This document shows positions 43,225 through 53,620 of a stretch of 61,687 nt of DNA, in pieces. The notes beneath the pieces were generated by a model. That model was not told the DNA's origin, made no database searches, and was given only the letters and a program-made list of their open reading frames with translations. Position 1 is the first letter of the stretch. Every line of letters begins with the position of its first letter. The position numbers and the translations under genes were made by a program. This DNA comes from Planctomycetia bacterium (GTDB taxonomy: Bacteria > Planctomycetota > Planctomycetia > Pirellulales > UBA7805). The stretch is from NCBI GenBank assembly GCA_021413585.1, contig JAIOQB010000204.1:1-61687 (forward strand). Direction: 5' to 3'.

Positions 43225-43824
43225 ATGTTCACCGGAATTGTCGAAGCCCTGGGGAGTGTTGTCGAAGTCCTTGCGCGACCGCCCGGGCGGCGGCTGGTCC
43301 TGAGTTGGCCCGACGCGGCCGCCGAATGCCGGATCGGCGAGAGCCTCGCGATCAACGGCTGCTGCCTGACCGTGGTTGCGGTGTGTGGCGAGCTTCTTGA
43401 ATTCGACGCCGGGCCGGAAACTCTCAGCCGCACCAACCTGGGTGAGCTTGCGTCTGGCGGCGTGGTGAATGTGGAGCGGGCGGTCCGCGTAGGAGATCGG
43501 CTGGGAGGTCATTTTGTCAGCGGCCATGTGGACGCCGTCGGGACGCTCGATGCCAGACAAGACGAGCACGACTGGTCGACGTTCTGGTTTCGAATGCCCG
43601 CGAGTCTGGGTTCGCAAATGGCGTCCAAGGGTTCGATCGCCATCGACGGCGTGAGCCTGACGCTGGTCGATGTGGAGCCGGAGCGATTTAGCGTGCAGTT
43701 AATTCCGCACACGTTGGCGGTGACCACGCTGGGGCGGCTGGCCGTCGGCGGGCGCGTGAATTTGGAGACGGATTTGCTGGCGAAATATGTTGAGGCGGCG
43801 ATACGACCGACGCGGAATAGTTAA
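43225..43824 (+). CDS. ribE: riboflavin synthase (alpha type)
   Basis: MFTGIV, GCCLTV, GGHFVSGHVD and GVSLT motifs. Confidence 0.96.
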   Translation: MFTGIVEALGSVVEVLARPPGRRLVLSWPDAAAECRIGESLAINGCCLTVVAVCGELLEFDAGPETLSRTNLGELASGGVVNVERAVRVGDRLGGHFVSGHVDAVGTLDARQDEHDWSTFWFRMPASLGSQMASKGSIAIDGVSLTLVDVEPERFSVQLIPHTLAVTTLGRLAVGGRVNLETDLLAKYVEAAIRPTRNS

Positions 43825-43836
43825 CGGCCCAATGCC

Positions 43837-44319
43837 ATGCACGACTCGCAAACCTGCCCGATATGTCGCGGAAATCCCGTCGGTGGCTCCATGTCCGACG
43901 CGGAATTCTTCGCGCTGCTGACCGCATGTCGCGAGGAACTCGCTGGCAAGCAGGCGAATTTCCAACAGCGCATTGACGGAGCCGAGAAATGGTCCTACGA
44001 ATTGGCCGACTGCTTGCTAACGATAGGGGGCACGCGGTTTCCCATAACTCCGATCGGTACCTTCAGCGCCGAGCATAAGTCGTGGCTATGGGCGTGGGCG
44101 AATGAGGACTTTCCATCAATCGCGAGAGAGGCCTCAAAGCAAATACAAGCATTACACTCTCAAACCGGGTTTCGCGTCTTTCTAGATCCGGGTATTCAGG
44201 CGTCAGCGGCTGATGCCCAAGACTTCGTCGCGTTGGCCGTCCATCAACTGGGAGCAATTGGTTTTTTCCGTTCGCCGTCTGAGGGGCCAACGCTCTATCT
44301 GGCGGTATTCGACCTGTAA
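43837..44319 (+). CDS. DUF6882-like protein
   Basis: IGTFS...SWLWAWAN motif; start may be ATG 43891. Confidence 0.7.
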   Translation: MHDSQTCPICRGNPVGGSMSDAEFFALLTACREELAGKQANFQQRIDGAEKWSYELADCLLTIGGTRFPITPIGTFSAEHKSWLWAWANEDFPSIAREASKQIQALHSQTGFRVFLDPGIQASAADAQDFVALAVHQLGAIGFFRSPSEGPTLYLAVFDL

Positions 44320-44378
44320 ATCCCCGCGACTTTTTCGGCACGCGATAATCTTCGGAAAGACGCTGTTGTCTCCCTTTG

Positions 44379-45130
44379 ATGGACGAGAAAGAAATCTGCA
44401 AACAGATCGAGCGCGACGGTTTCGCCATTGTGCCGAACGTCCTAACCGAATCTGAAATCGCATCCCTGGCCCTGGAGTGCGAAAAGCTCCCGCTTGCCAG
44501 CCGCGGCGGATTGCGGGATTTGCTTCATCGGGCCCCTGCGTTTCAGTCCCTGCCGCAACACCCGGCGATCCGGGCGATTGTTGAAGCAGTGATGGGCCCC
44601 GGCGCGTTCGCCGTGCGGGGAATTTTGTTCGACAAGAGCGGCCAGTCCAACTGGAAGGTGGCGTGGCACCAGGATCTGACAATTGCTGTTTCGGAGCGAG
44701 TTGATCTCCCGGGCTACGGTCCCTGGAGCGTCAAGGAAGGGGTCGCGCATGTCCAGCCGCCGGCCGACGTGCTGGCCCAGATGGTCGCCGTGCGGGTCCA
44801 CATCGATCCGTGTGGGCACGACAACGGCCCGCTGCGCGTGCTGGCCGGTTCGCACCGCCCGGGGCGCCTGGACCGGGGCAAAATCGAGGCCTGGCAGGCG
44901 CGGCAGCCGGCCGTGGAATGTCCCGTCGGGGCGGGGGTGCGCTCGTCATGCGGTCGCTGCATTTGCACGCCTCTTCGGCCGCCCTGCGCTCCCATCGCCG
45001 CCGCGTCATCCACCTCGAATTCGCCGCCGCGGCGCTGCCAAAACCATTAGAATGGTACGAACAATGGCCGACGGACCTCAGCGGGGCCGCTGCGGCCCAG
45101 GTGGAACACACCCGGCACATTTTGGGTTAG
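44379..45130 (+). pseudogene. phytanoyl-CoA dioxygenase (PhyH) family, frameshifted
   Basis: WHQD and VRVHID.CG..NGPL motifs; the C-terminal LHLHAS...RRVIHLEF is in another frame after the G5 run at 44933-44937. Confidence 0.85.
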
Positions 45131-45149
45131 AGCAAACAGGACGGTAACT

Positions 45150-46043
45150 TTGGCAGGCCAACAAACCATCTCGTATCTGACGCGCCGCTTTCGCGAAGTG
45201 GGCTTTGAGCCCGTGTCGCGGCATGGGCAGAACTTTCTTATCGACATGAACCTCCAGCGGTTGCTGGTGGACGCGGCGCAGTTGGACTACGACGACGTCG
45301 TGCTGGAAGTCGGCACGGGCACGGGGGCCCTGACGGCGCTGGTGGCGCCCCAGGTGGCGGCCGTAGTGACCGTGGAGATCGACGAACGCTTGTTCCAGAT
45401 GGCGTCCGACGAATTGGTGGACAATGCCAACGTCACGCTGCTGAAGTTTGACGTGCTGAAGAACAAGAACCATTTTGACCCTCGCTTGATGGAAGTGCTC
45501 GGCGAGCGGCTGGCCGCCGGATCGGGCCGGCAGCTTAAGCTGGTGGCCAACCTGCCGTACAGCGTTGCGACGCCGATCATCTCGAACCTGCTTTCCTCCC
45601 CGCACGTGCCAGTGATGATGGTCGCTACCGTGCAAAAGGAAATGGCCGAACGGCTCATCGCGCAGCCAGGGACGAAAGACTACGGCGCCCTGAGCATCTG
45701 GATCCAGTCCCAATGTCGCGTGGAAATCGTGCGGCTGATGGCGCCGAGCGTGTTTTGGCCGCGGCCCAAGGTCGAGTCGGCCATCGTGCGGATCGATCTG
45801 GAGCCTGAGCGCCGCAGCCTGGTGCCCGATTTGGAATTCTTTCATTCCTTTGTGCGCGGCCTGTTCCTGCACCGCCGCAAGCTGCTACGCGGCGTGCTGC
45901 ACGCAGGCTATAAGAACCAGCTCACCAAGCCGCAGATTGACAACTTAATCGAGAAGCAGGGGCTGCAGGCCGACGCACGGGCGGAGCAACTCGGCATCGA
46001 AGCGATGCTGGCACTTTGCGAGGCGGTGCGGGCTGAACTATGA
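45150..46043 (+). CDS. rsmA: 16S rRNA dimethyladenosine transferase
   Basis: GQNFLID, LEVGTGTG, VANLPY and FWPRPKVES motifs. Confidence 0.96.
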   Translation: MAGQQTISYLTRRFREVGFEPVSRHGQNFLIDMNLQRLLVDAAQLDYDDVVLEVGTGTGALTALVAPQVAAVVTVEIDERLFQMASDELVDNANVTLLKFDVLKNKNHFDPRLMEVLGERLAAGSGRQLKLVANLPYSVATPIISNLLSSPHVPVMMVATVQKEMAERLIAQPGTKDYGALSIWIQSQCRVEIVRLMAPSVFWPRPKVESAIVRIDLEPERRSLVPDLEFFHSFVRGLFLHRRKLLRGVLHAGYKNQLTKPQIDNLIEKQGLQADARAEQLGIEAMLALCEAVRAEL

Positions 46044-46108
46044 TGCGGGCTTGGACGTAGCCGTCCCATCGCAAGTGCATTTGAAGCTCGTACCTCAAGG
46101 ACGCCGTT

Positions 46109-46336
46109 ATGAAGTTCATCGAATTGTCCGGCATCACGCTCTGCCGCATCGTTCACCCCAGCGAAATCCAGCAGCACGAGTTGGAGGCGGCCGGCGTCCA
46201 CGCCGAGAGCGTCGTGCGGGTGAACGAGCAGGGGGATATCGAGCTGCGCCGCCGTCACGGCTGGGATGTGATCGGCGGCCTGTTGGGAGATTATGAGCAC
46301 CGGATCAAGACGGCCACCGGGTTCGATTGGGTGTGA
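46109..46336 (+). CDS. small conserved hypothetical protein
   Basis: AAGGA RBS; GDIELRR..GWDVIGGLLGDY. Confidence 0.8.
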   Translation: MKFIELSGITLCRIVHPSEIQQHELEAAGVHAESVVRVNEQGDIELRRRHGWDVIGGLLGDYEHRIKTATGFDWV

Positions 46337-46345
46337 CGGTCTTTT

Positions 46346-46411
46346 CGTAGCGTGGGTGCTTGTACCCACGTTTCATGGGTCATTAGCCGGGGGTGCAAGC
46401 ACCCACGCTAC
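46346..46411. repeat. GTAG REP inverted pair
   Basis: The right-hand GTAG supplies the TAG of 46408-48342. Confidence 0.9.
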
Positions 46412-48342
46412 GGCAACGACGGCAATTCAATCAGCGCCGGCTCCGGCTGGTGCGGCGGCGGGGCGTTGGTGCTGTAAATCCGAAACCGGCCCAGGTTTTG
46501 TCCCGCTTGTTGGAACCGATGCACCAGCGTGAGGGTGACTTGCTGGCCGGCTAGCTTTTGATCCGGAGCCAGCGTGAACACGGCCGACGCCGATTGCCCC
46601 GGCAGGGCGCCGTTCCAGCCGATGTTGCCGTCGGACTCTTCGCGCACGATCTCCTTCAGGTCGATCCCCGGCGCAGTCCCCTCCGCCAGCACGTCGGTGA
46701 AACGGACCGGCTGCTGCTCCGTGACGAAGGGCCCGTACGCCACGTTCGGCACCGGGGCAATGGGATTGTCGTGGACCCAGGTGGTATGGTTCTGGGAGTC
46801 GGTGACGATCACGCGGTGATGGGCCAACTCGCTGCTCGCCGATTCGCGATTCCAGATCACAATTTTCTCGATGGGAAACTCCTGCCCCAGATCGACCATC
46901 CACCAGGCCCCGACCTGGTTGCCCGTGTGTGAGACCGAACCTCGCTTGAAATTGGCGTTCTTGTTGCCGTCCACCGCTCGGCCGGCGACCGCTCCCCACA
47001 GGGTTGAGCACTGGGTTGCTTTCTTTTTTCTCGCCACATTCTCGCCGCCGGAAAACACTTCGACTTCGGCCAGGGTCAACGCCCTGGGCCGACCGGTCAA
47101 CTCGATGCGGACATAACGGGCCGGCACTTTTTCTTGTTGCTTGATTGATGCCGTCAGAACCGCCGATACGCGCGAGATAGCAAAGCTCCCGCCGCTGGCT
47201 CGCCCCGGTCCATGATCGGGGAGCGAGGCGTCGGGGAGCGCCTCGATTCGCAAAGCGGTCGCTCCAGTCGGTGGAATGCCGATGGTGACGTGATACGTAT
47301 CGCCGTCCGGGTTCGGCCCGCTGGCTACTATCGAGCCATCGGGCTGCGCGGTGATCGTCGTACCGTTGTCGGATCGAAGTTGGCTAGGTGACAGCGGCGT
47401 CCAGGCGACTCGAGTGGACTGCGCCGAGAGTTCGAGCGACTTGATCTGAATGGCCGACTGCTCGCTCGCCGGCAGATAGCGAAGCTGCAATTTGACTGTG
47501 CGCCCCAGGCAGCGTTCGAGCGAGACTACTAGCGGAGTGCCAAGGTGCGAAGAATCAAGCGTTACGCGGGCAATGGGGTGCGAGTCGGCCAGTAATGCCA
47601 TCGTGCCCGTCGGCGGGGCCGTCTCGTCGGGGATGAGAACCATCCGCAGCCAGCGATGCCCCGGCTCTATCAGTTTGTCGGCCGTCAGCGTGGCTGGCAG
47701 ACGGCCGATTTGAATCACCGTGGCAGGCGTGGGCCTGAGCGGATCGCTCGTTACGTCCCATACGGTTTTCTGCGAGAGCGTGCCGCCCGGCTCGCCGCTC
47801 ATTTTCCAGCCGTGCCATAGTTTGGGATCGTCGTCGGAAGGGGCATCGGCGGCGGAATCGTCATCATTCTTGTCGCTTGCTGACGGTTGTGCATGGCGAT
47901 GATTTGTGGCAGCCGAGGCTGACTGGGCGGCAGGTTTACCTGTTGTTTGGACATCGGCTGCCTGATTATTTACATTGGCTTTTTGCTTCGACGCAACCCA
48001 CAAGTACGCCAGAAATCCCAAGACAACCACGCCGGCCCCGGCCAGTATCCAAGTCACTAGCAATCCGAAGCGGGGCGACGGTGCCAGCGGAACGGCAGGT
48101 GTGCCGTCTTCCAAGGGGATGGCATTTGGGGCCTCCGTGGCTCGGGCTTTCGTTGGCGGCTGATATTCCGCGCCTCCAGGCGCGGCGGCCAAATACTTTT
48201 CAACCGCATCGCGACCACCAAGCATACCGACGCACGCAGGATTGCGTTCGATCAACTCGCGCAACCCGGCAGATTCGTCCGCGGTCAATTCTTGCGGACG
48301 CTTGTCGCGCAGGAGTTCAATCGCTTTGAGGATGGGAAGCAT
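46408..48342 (-). CDS. single-TM protein with an F5/8 type C/fucolectin-like domain
   Basis: TM WILAGAGVVVLGFLAYLWV; AVDGN...SHT...WWMVDLG. Confidence 0.75.
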   Translation of the reverse strand: MLPILKAIELLRDKRPQELTADESAGLRELIERNPACVGMLGGRDAVEKYLAAAPGGAEYQPPTKARATEAPNAIPLEDGTPAVPLAPSPRFGLLVTWILAGAGVVVLGFLAYLWVASKQKANVNNQAADVQTTGKPAAQSASAATNHRHAQPSASDKNDDDSAADAPSDDDPKLWHGWKMSGEPGGTLSQKTVWDVTSDPLRPTPATVIQIGRLPATLTADKLIEPGHRWLRMVLIPDETAPPTGTMALLADSHPIARVTLDSSHLGTPLVVSLERCLGRTVKLQLRYLPASEQSAIQIKSLELSAQSTRVAWTPLSPSQLRSDNGTTITAQPDGSIVASGPNPDGDTYHVTIGIPPTGATALRIEALPDASLPDHGPGRASGGSFAISRVSAVLTASIKQQEKVPARYVRIELTGRPRALTLAEVEVFSGGENVARKKKATQCSTLWGAVAGRAVDGNKNANFKRGSVSHTGNQVGAWWMVDLGQEFPIEKIVIWNRESASSELAHHRVIVTDSQNHTTWVHDNPIAPVPNVAYGPFVTEQQPVRFTDVLAEGTAPGIDLKEIVREESDGNIGWNGALPGQSASAVFTLAPDQKLAGQQVTLTLVHRFQQAGQNLGRFRIYSTNAPPPHQPEPALIELPSLP

Positions 48343-48371
48343 CGATGGGTCTCAACGGTGATGGAGCCGTC

Positions 48372-48983
<612 letters not shown>

Positions 48984-48984
48984 G

Positions 48985-49011
48985 GCAAAGCGGAAAGCCG
49001 AGAGCGGAAAG
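48985..49011. repeat. AAAGCGG heptamer array
   Basis: AAAGCGG-AAAGCCG-AGAGCGG-AAAGCGG; same family as 37208-37228. Confidence 0.65.
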
Positions 49012-49034
49012 CGGATGTTCGACAGTCGAACGCT

Positions 49035-49089
49035 GGGTGCCTGGGGCAACGCCCCAGGTTCCATCACTGGGGCGTTGCCCCAGGCACCC
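49035..49089. repeat. GGGTGCCTGGGGCAACGCCCCAG REP inverted pair
   Basis: Perfect inverted pair; contains the pabB stop. Confidence 0.9.
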
Positions 49090-50737
49090 TTTCTCCTTGC
49101 TGAATGCTGACAGCCGATAGCTGACAGCCGATAGCCAAATTTCCCAACGCCTGAATCAACGCCCGCGCCTTATCCAGCGTCTCCTGATACTCAGATTTCG
49201 GATCGGAATCCGCCACCACGGCGCCGCCCACATTGTAATAGCAGCGGCCGTTGCGAATCACGAACGTGCGGATGACGATGTTCAGGTCCATCGGGCCGGC
49301 AAAGTCCAGGTAGCCGATCGACCCGGAATAGATGCCCCGTTTGACGGGCTCCAGCGAGTCGATGATCTTCATCGCCTCGATCTTCGGCGCTCCGGTCATG
49401 GAGCCGCCGGGGAACGTGGCCTTTACCAGGTCCAGCGCATGAACGCCGTCCGCCAGCTCGCCGCGGATTGTCGAGACCATTTGATACACGGTGGCGTATT
49501 TTTCGATTGCCATCAATTCGGGCACGTGGATCGTGTGAAACTTGCAGACGCGGCCAAAGTCGCTGCGCACCAGGTCGACCACCATCACGTTCTCGGCCCG
49601 ATCCTTAACGGAGCTGAATAACTCCTGCCACAGGGCCGCGTCCTGCTCTGGCGTTTGGCCCCGAGGCCGCGTCCCCTTGATCGGGCGGCTTTCGGCCACG
49701 CGCTCCGGGCTGAGTGAAACGTACCGCTCGGGGGACGAGCAGACCACCTGCGCTTCGGGAAAATTGAGATAGCTGGCAAACGGCGCCGGATTGATGCGCC
49801 GCAGTTCTTGATACAACTCCCACGGCGTGCCGCCGCACAGCGGCGAATCGAAGCGGTGGGTCAGGCAGCCCTCAAAAATATCACCGGCCAGCACATGTTC
49901 TTTCACCTGTTCGACAGCGCGGCAGTAGGCCGACTGGTCGAACATCGCGTGGATTTCAACATCCTTTGGACCAGTGGCGGGTGGCTGCGGCAACGCCCCA
50001 GATTCTCCCGCATCGGTTGGAGAGTTTTCGTTTGTTGCCAAGTCGGTCCGTGCTTCATACGCCCGGACTCGGTCGAACATCTCATCACGCATTGCCGCCG
50101 CGTTTTGTTGGGCAACAACATCATTCTCGCCCCGCCCCACAATCGACAGATACGACTTGCCCGTCCGGTGGCAATGCCCCAGCACCGCGTCGACGAACAT
50201 GAAATAAATATCCGGCAATCCCAGATCGTCTACCCCGCGGTCAGGCAGTTCCTCGATGAAGTAGCCCGCTTCGTATCCAAAGTATCCAACGGCCCCAGAC
50301 AGCAGCGGCAACGGGTGATCGGCATAGGCCCGGTAATCGATCGCCCACTCGGCCAGCACGCCCTTGAGGTCTTCAAACGGGTCGGCGATGCGGGACTCTG
50401 TGACAGGCATATCGAGCAATCGCCCGTCGGCCCCCCGCAATCGGATCACTTCGATCCGCGCTCCACCCTGCGGCGGCTGGCCCGGCTGCCGCTTCGCGCG
50501 GTAGACCAACCACGGCTCGCCTCCGATGAAAGAAAATTGTCCCAGCCGCTCAGCATCCTTCGCACTGTCCAGCAGAAACGAATACTTCGACGCCGCGTAG
50601 ATCTCGTGATACCGCCAAAACGGCAGCTTCAATTCCAGCTCTTCCAGCAAGTGGTGCGAAGCGCCGCGCAATGCCTTGGCCCCAGCAGGCTCGGCCTGTC
50701 CGCAGGACGCATCGGGATTGAACGGAGAATAGGGCAT
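49064..50737 (-). CDS. pabB: aminodeoxychorismate synthase component I
   Basis: PIKGT (Lys, ADC-synthase type), KDRAEN, PGGSMTGAPK and YSGSIGY motifs. Confidence 0.85.
   Translation of the reverse strand: MPYSPFNPDASCGQAEPAGAKALRGASHHLLEELELKLPFWRYHEIYAASKYSFLLDSAKDAERLGQFSFIGGEPWLVYRAKRQPGQPPQGGARIEVIRLRGADGRLLDMPVTESRIADPFEDLKGVLAEWAIDYRAYADHPLPLLSGAVGYFGYEAGYFIEELPDRGVDDLGLPDIYFMFVDAVLGHCHRTGKSYLSIVGRGENDVVAQQNAAAMRDEMFDRVRAYEARTDLATNENSPTDAGESGALPQPPATGPKDVEIHAMFDQSAYCRAVEQVKEHVLAGDIFEGCLTHRFDSPLCGGTPWELYQELRRINPAPFASYLNFPEAQVVCSSPERYVSLSPERVAESRPIKGTRPRGQTPEQDAALWQELFSSVKDRAENVMVVDLVRSDFGRVCKFHTIHVPELMAIEKYATVYQMVSTIRGELADGVHALDLVKATFPGGSMTGAPKIEAMKIIDSLEPVKRGIYSGSIGYLDFAGPMDLNIVIRTFVIRNGRCYYNVGGAVVADSDPKSEYQETLDKARALIQALGNLAIGCQLSAVSIQQGERVPGATPQ
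49099..49136. repeat. GCTGACA/GCCGATA heptamer array inside the pabB 3' end
   Basis: GCTGAAT-GCTGACA-GCCGATA-GCTGACA-GCCGATA-GCC. Confidence 0.8.
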
Positions 50738-52167
50738 CAAACAAGCTTCTCCCGCAAATCAAACAGCCGCTGCGCCTTGAACTGAGTCCGCGGCAGCGTG
50801 CCATACGGGACGACCTCTACTTCAACATGAATTCCCAGCGAGCCCTTTAGTGCCCTGCCTACCCGTTCTGCGTGCGGTTCATAGCGGCTCTTGGGGATTG
50901 GCGAGGCGGGTTCGATCGTCACCTTGACGTGATCCATGCTGTCGCGGCGGGTGATCTCCACCTTGAACTCATCTCCGACGTCGGCCAATTGGCGGATGCT
51001 GTCTTCGATCACGGCCGGGAAGAACATCAGGCCGCGGATCTTCAGCAGGTTGTCGTTGCGCCCCTGCAGGCCGCCAACGGCCCGAGCGTGAGTCCGGCCG
51101 CACGAGCAGGGCTCGGTGGTCACGGTGATCCAGTCCCCCATGACGTACCGAAGGATCGGCTGGGCTTCGCTGTAGAGGTTGCTGACCACTAGGATGCCCG
51201 GCTGACCCTCCGGCACCGGCTGCATCGTGACTGGGTCGAGCACTTCAGGGATCGCCACATCTTCCATTAGATGCGTATCGACGGGAGCGTCGGTGCGGCG
51301 GACCTGGTTGGTGCAGGTGTAGCCCAACGGGGCCGGGGCGACCTCGGTGCAGCCGAAGTCATCGTGGGCTTTGGCATGCCACAGCGTTTCCAGCCGGTGC
51401 TTGGTGGCGGGGACGCAGGCCCCCGGCTCGCCGGCGCAGACGATGGTGCGGATCGAGCTTTCCTGCGGATTATGCCCCGCCTCGCGCATCGCCCGCCCCA
51501 GGTACAGGGCGTATGAAGGGGTGCAGAGCAGCACCGTCGGTCGGTAGGTATTTATGAACAGGATTCGCCGCTCAGTATTCGATCCGCCGCCGGAGATAAC
51601 AGGGACGCCCATCAGACTCAGGGCATAGTGCAGCCCCCAAAAGGCCACCGACGTGCCGTAGCCGAAGCAATTGATGGCGATGTCGCCATTGCGAACCCCC
51701 ATCGAATAGAGGCAGCGGGCGCCAATCCACGCCCACTGGTCGCGGTCGAACGTGGTGTGCCGAAAGACCCGAGGCTGGGCGGCAGTGGTGCCGGAGGTGG
51801 TGTAGAGCATCCACCCCCGCTTGAGCCAATCTTCCTGCCGCAGCGGCGAAAACGTGCCCCAAGGTGGATGCTCCTCCTGGTCGGTCAGCCACTCCTCGCG
51901 GTGCGTCACAGGGATTTTGGGCAGGTCGTCTACGCCATGGACGCTCTCCGCCGTGAGACCCGCCGCCTCGAACTTGCGGCGATAGAACGCGCTGCACTCC
52001 CACAGATAACGATAGGCAAGGGCCAGCTTCTCGCTCTGCATGGCGCGGAGTTGCTCGCGGGGGGCCGTTTCGAGCCCTGGAGACCAGTAGCGCTCGTCCC
52101 CCGGCCGATCGAAACATTGGGCGTGCCGGCGGACGAGGTCGCGCCACTTCTGGCGGATGTCTGTCAT
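50737..52167 (-). CDS. phenylacetate-CoA ligase (PaaK)-like adenylating enzyme
   Basis: YTTSGTT P-loop, AGEPG, FGCTE, RY.MGD and GR.DNLLKIRG motifs; its TGA overlaps the pabB ATG. Confidence 0.88.
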   Translation of the reverse strand: MTDIRQKWRDLVRRHAQCFDRPGDERYWSPGLETAPREQLRAMQSEKLALAYRYLWECSAFYRRKFEAAGLTAESVHGVDDLPKIPVTHREEWLTDQEEHPPWGTFSPLRQEDWLKRGWMLYTTSGTTAAQPRVFRHTTFDRDQWAWIGARCLYSMGVRNGDIAINCFGYGTSVAFWGLHYALSLMGVPVISGGGSNTERRILFINTYRPTVLLCTPSYALYLGRAMREAGHNPQESSIRTIVCAGEPGACVPATKHRLETLWHAKAHDDFGCTEVAPAPLGYTCTNQVRRTDAPVDTHLMEDVAIPEVLDPVTMQPVPEGQPGILVVSNLYSEAQPILRYVMGDWITVTTEPCSCGRTHARAVGGLQGRNDNLLKIRGLMFFPAVIEDSIRQLADVGDEFKVEITRRDSMDHVKVTIEPASPIPKSRYEPHAERVGRALKGSLGIHVEVEVVPYGTLPRTQFKAQRLFDLREKLV

Positions 52168-52350
52168 CACGTTGAATCCGCAAGAGGAGGCGAAATGGGC
52201 ATGAAACGCGTCACTTGCAAGATACTCGGAGCGGTCGGAAGTGTCAAAGTCCCAAGGGGTTAGAACGGGACGCAATGCTCAACGGCTTGTCTTGTCGAAC
52301 TACCTAAAACTCCGTTCGTTAGCGGCTCTGTCAGTGCAGGTTCAACTCCG

Positions 52351-52484
52351 CACTGGCAAAGCCAGTGGCACACGGACAAAGGCGCAAGGCAGGGGAAGCC
52401 GTGGTGAGTAGTTCTACCGCGTTGCCCCAACCGAACGCTCAATCCCTGCCTTGCTCCTTTCGTGTGCCACTGGCTTTGCCAGTG
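52351..52484. repeat. CACTGGCAAAGCCAGTGGCACACG REP inverted pair
   Basis: Units at 52351-52374 and 52461-52484 are exact reverse complements. Confidence 0.88.
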
Positions 52485-52760
52485 TTGGTCCAACTCGGAA
52501 CTTCCAACGACAATTCGCCGGCGGAAGAATTCATCAAAGAGCAACGCCCAACTTTGCGACATTTCGGCAACGACTGGACCGACTCTAAAAAGGACCAGCG
52601 CGTCGCACATCGGCACGCCCCTTTTTTTATTTTTCTCTGGCGGCCGCGGGCTATTCGTTGATATAGTGAGAAAGAGATTGAGCCCGTGGTGAGTGCGCCC
52701 GTGGTGGGTACGGCGGTGGCCGTTGGAAGGATTCACGTTACCAGGGTAAGGAGCGGGGCT

Positions 52761-53117
52761 ATGAATTACGACGCTGAAGCAAAGCGGATTGCGAACTATG
52801 TTCGCGGCCAGCGCGTCGAGCAGCATCGAGGGGTGATTCCCCTGGAGAAGCCGGGCGTGTCGGTGGTCTTCGGCAACGACGACTATGCCAAAGACATGCG
52901 CACCCGCGAGCAGGTGCGGCTGTTGTTTCAAGACGCCTACGAAACGCGAGTGGACATTTTGGGCTTCGCCGTGGACGACGAAGACGGCGCCGCCTGGTCG
53001 GTCGTGGTGCGGTGCGACGATCTCGACTGGCTCAAGGCCCGGCTGCACGACGCATTCTTTCAATCGCATGGGCTGTATAGCTCCAATGCGACGGTTCAGG
53101 ATGCGGTGGTGGAATAG
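52761..53117 (+). CDS. hypothetical protein
   Basis: AAGGAG RBS; coding-like composition. Confidence 0.78.
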   Translation: MNYDAEAKRIANYVRGQRVEQHRGVIPLEKPGVSVVFGNDDYAKDMRTREQVRLLFQDAYETRVDILGFAVDDEDGAAWSVVVRCDDLDWLKARLHDAFFQSHGLYSSNATVQDAVVE

Positions 53118-53146
53118 ATTTCTATTCGACGCCGCTATTAAACCGT

Positions 53147-53243
53147 GTTAGCCGCCGCTGCCCCAGCGGCGCGTTGCCAGTGTACCGGCTGAGCGTGCGT
53201 ATTTCCGTCCCGGTTCCGCGCCCGTCGGGGACCGGCGGCTAAC
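53147..53243. repeat. GTTAGCCGCC-family REP inverted pair
   Basis: Same two units as 18303-18371, swapped in order. Confidence 0.85.
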
Positions 53244-53620
53244 TTGGAAGTCGACTTTTCTGGGAATCCTTCCCCGTCCTAAAATTCTCTCCCGAATTTC
53301 TTTGCAGTCTCCCTGCCGCCGCGGTAGATTGGTTTTGTCCAAGGTGGTTCTCGCCTGTTAGTTCGGACGAGATTCGCTTCAGGACGCTTCCTTGCGAAGT
53401 GCAAGGAAGGTTGGCATGAGATGCGCATAAAATCCCGTGGAATGCGGGGCGCATTAGGGTAACCGTCGCAGGGCTGCGTGGTGCTTGCCCGTGGCTCTCT
53501 CGGCTCCGCTGGCTCTGCCAGATCATGGCACGAGTGCGGCGAACCCCCATGCGTTCGCCCCGCGCTCCACAGGGAGCAAACGGCCAATCTGCATACTTTT
53601 TTCTCGCGAGGAGCGCCCTG

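Noticed and set aside
52330-52357. tRNA T-arm mimic GCAGGTTCAACTCC
   Set aside because: There is no 5' half, it overlaps a REP, and no integrase is nearby to suggest an att remnant.
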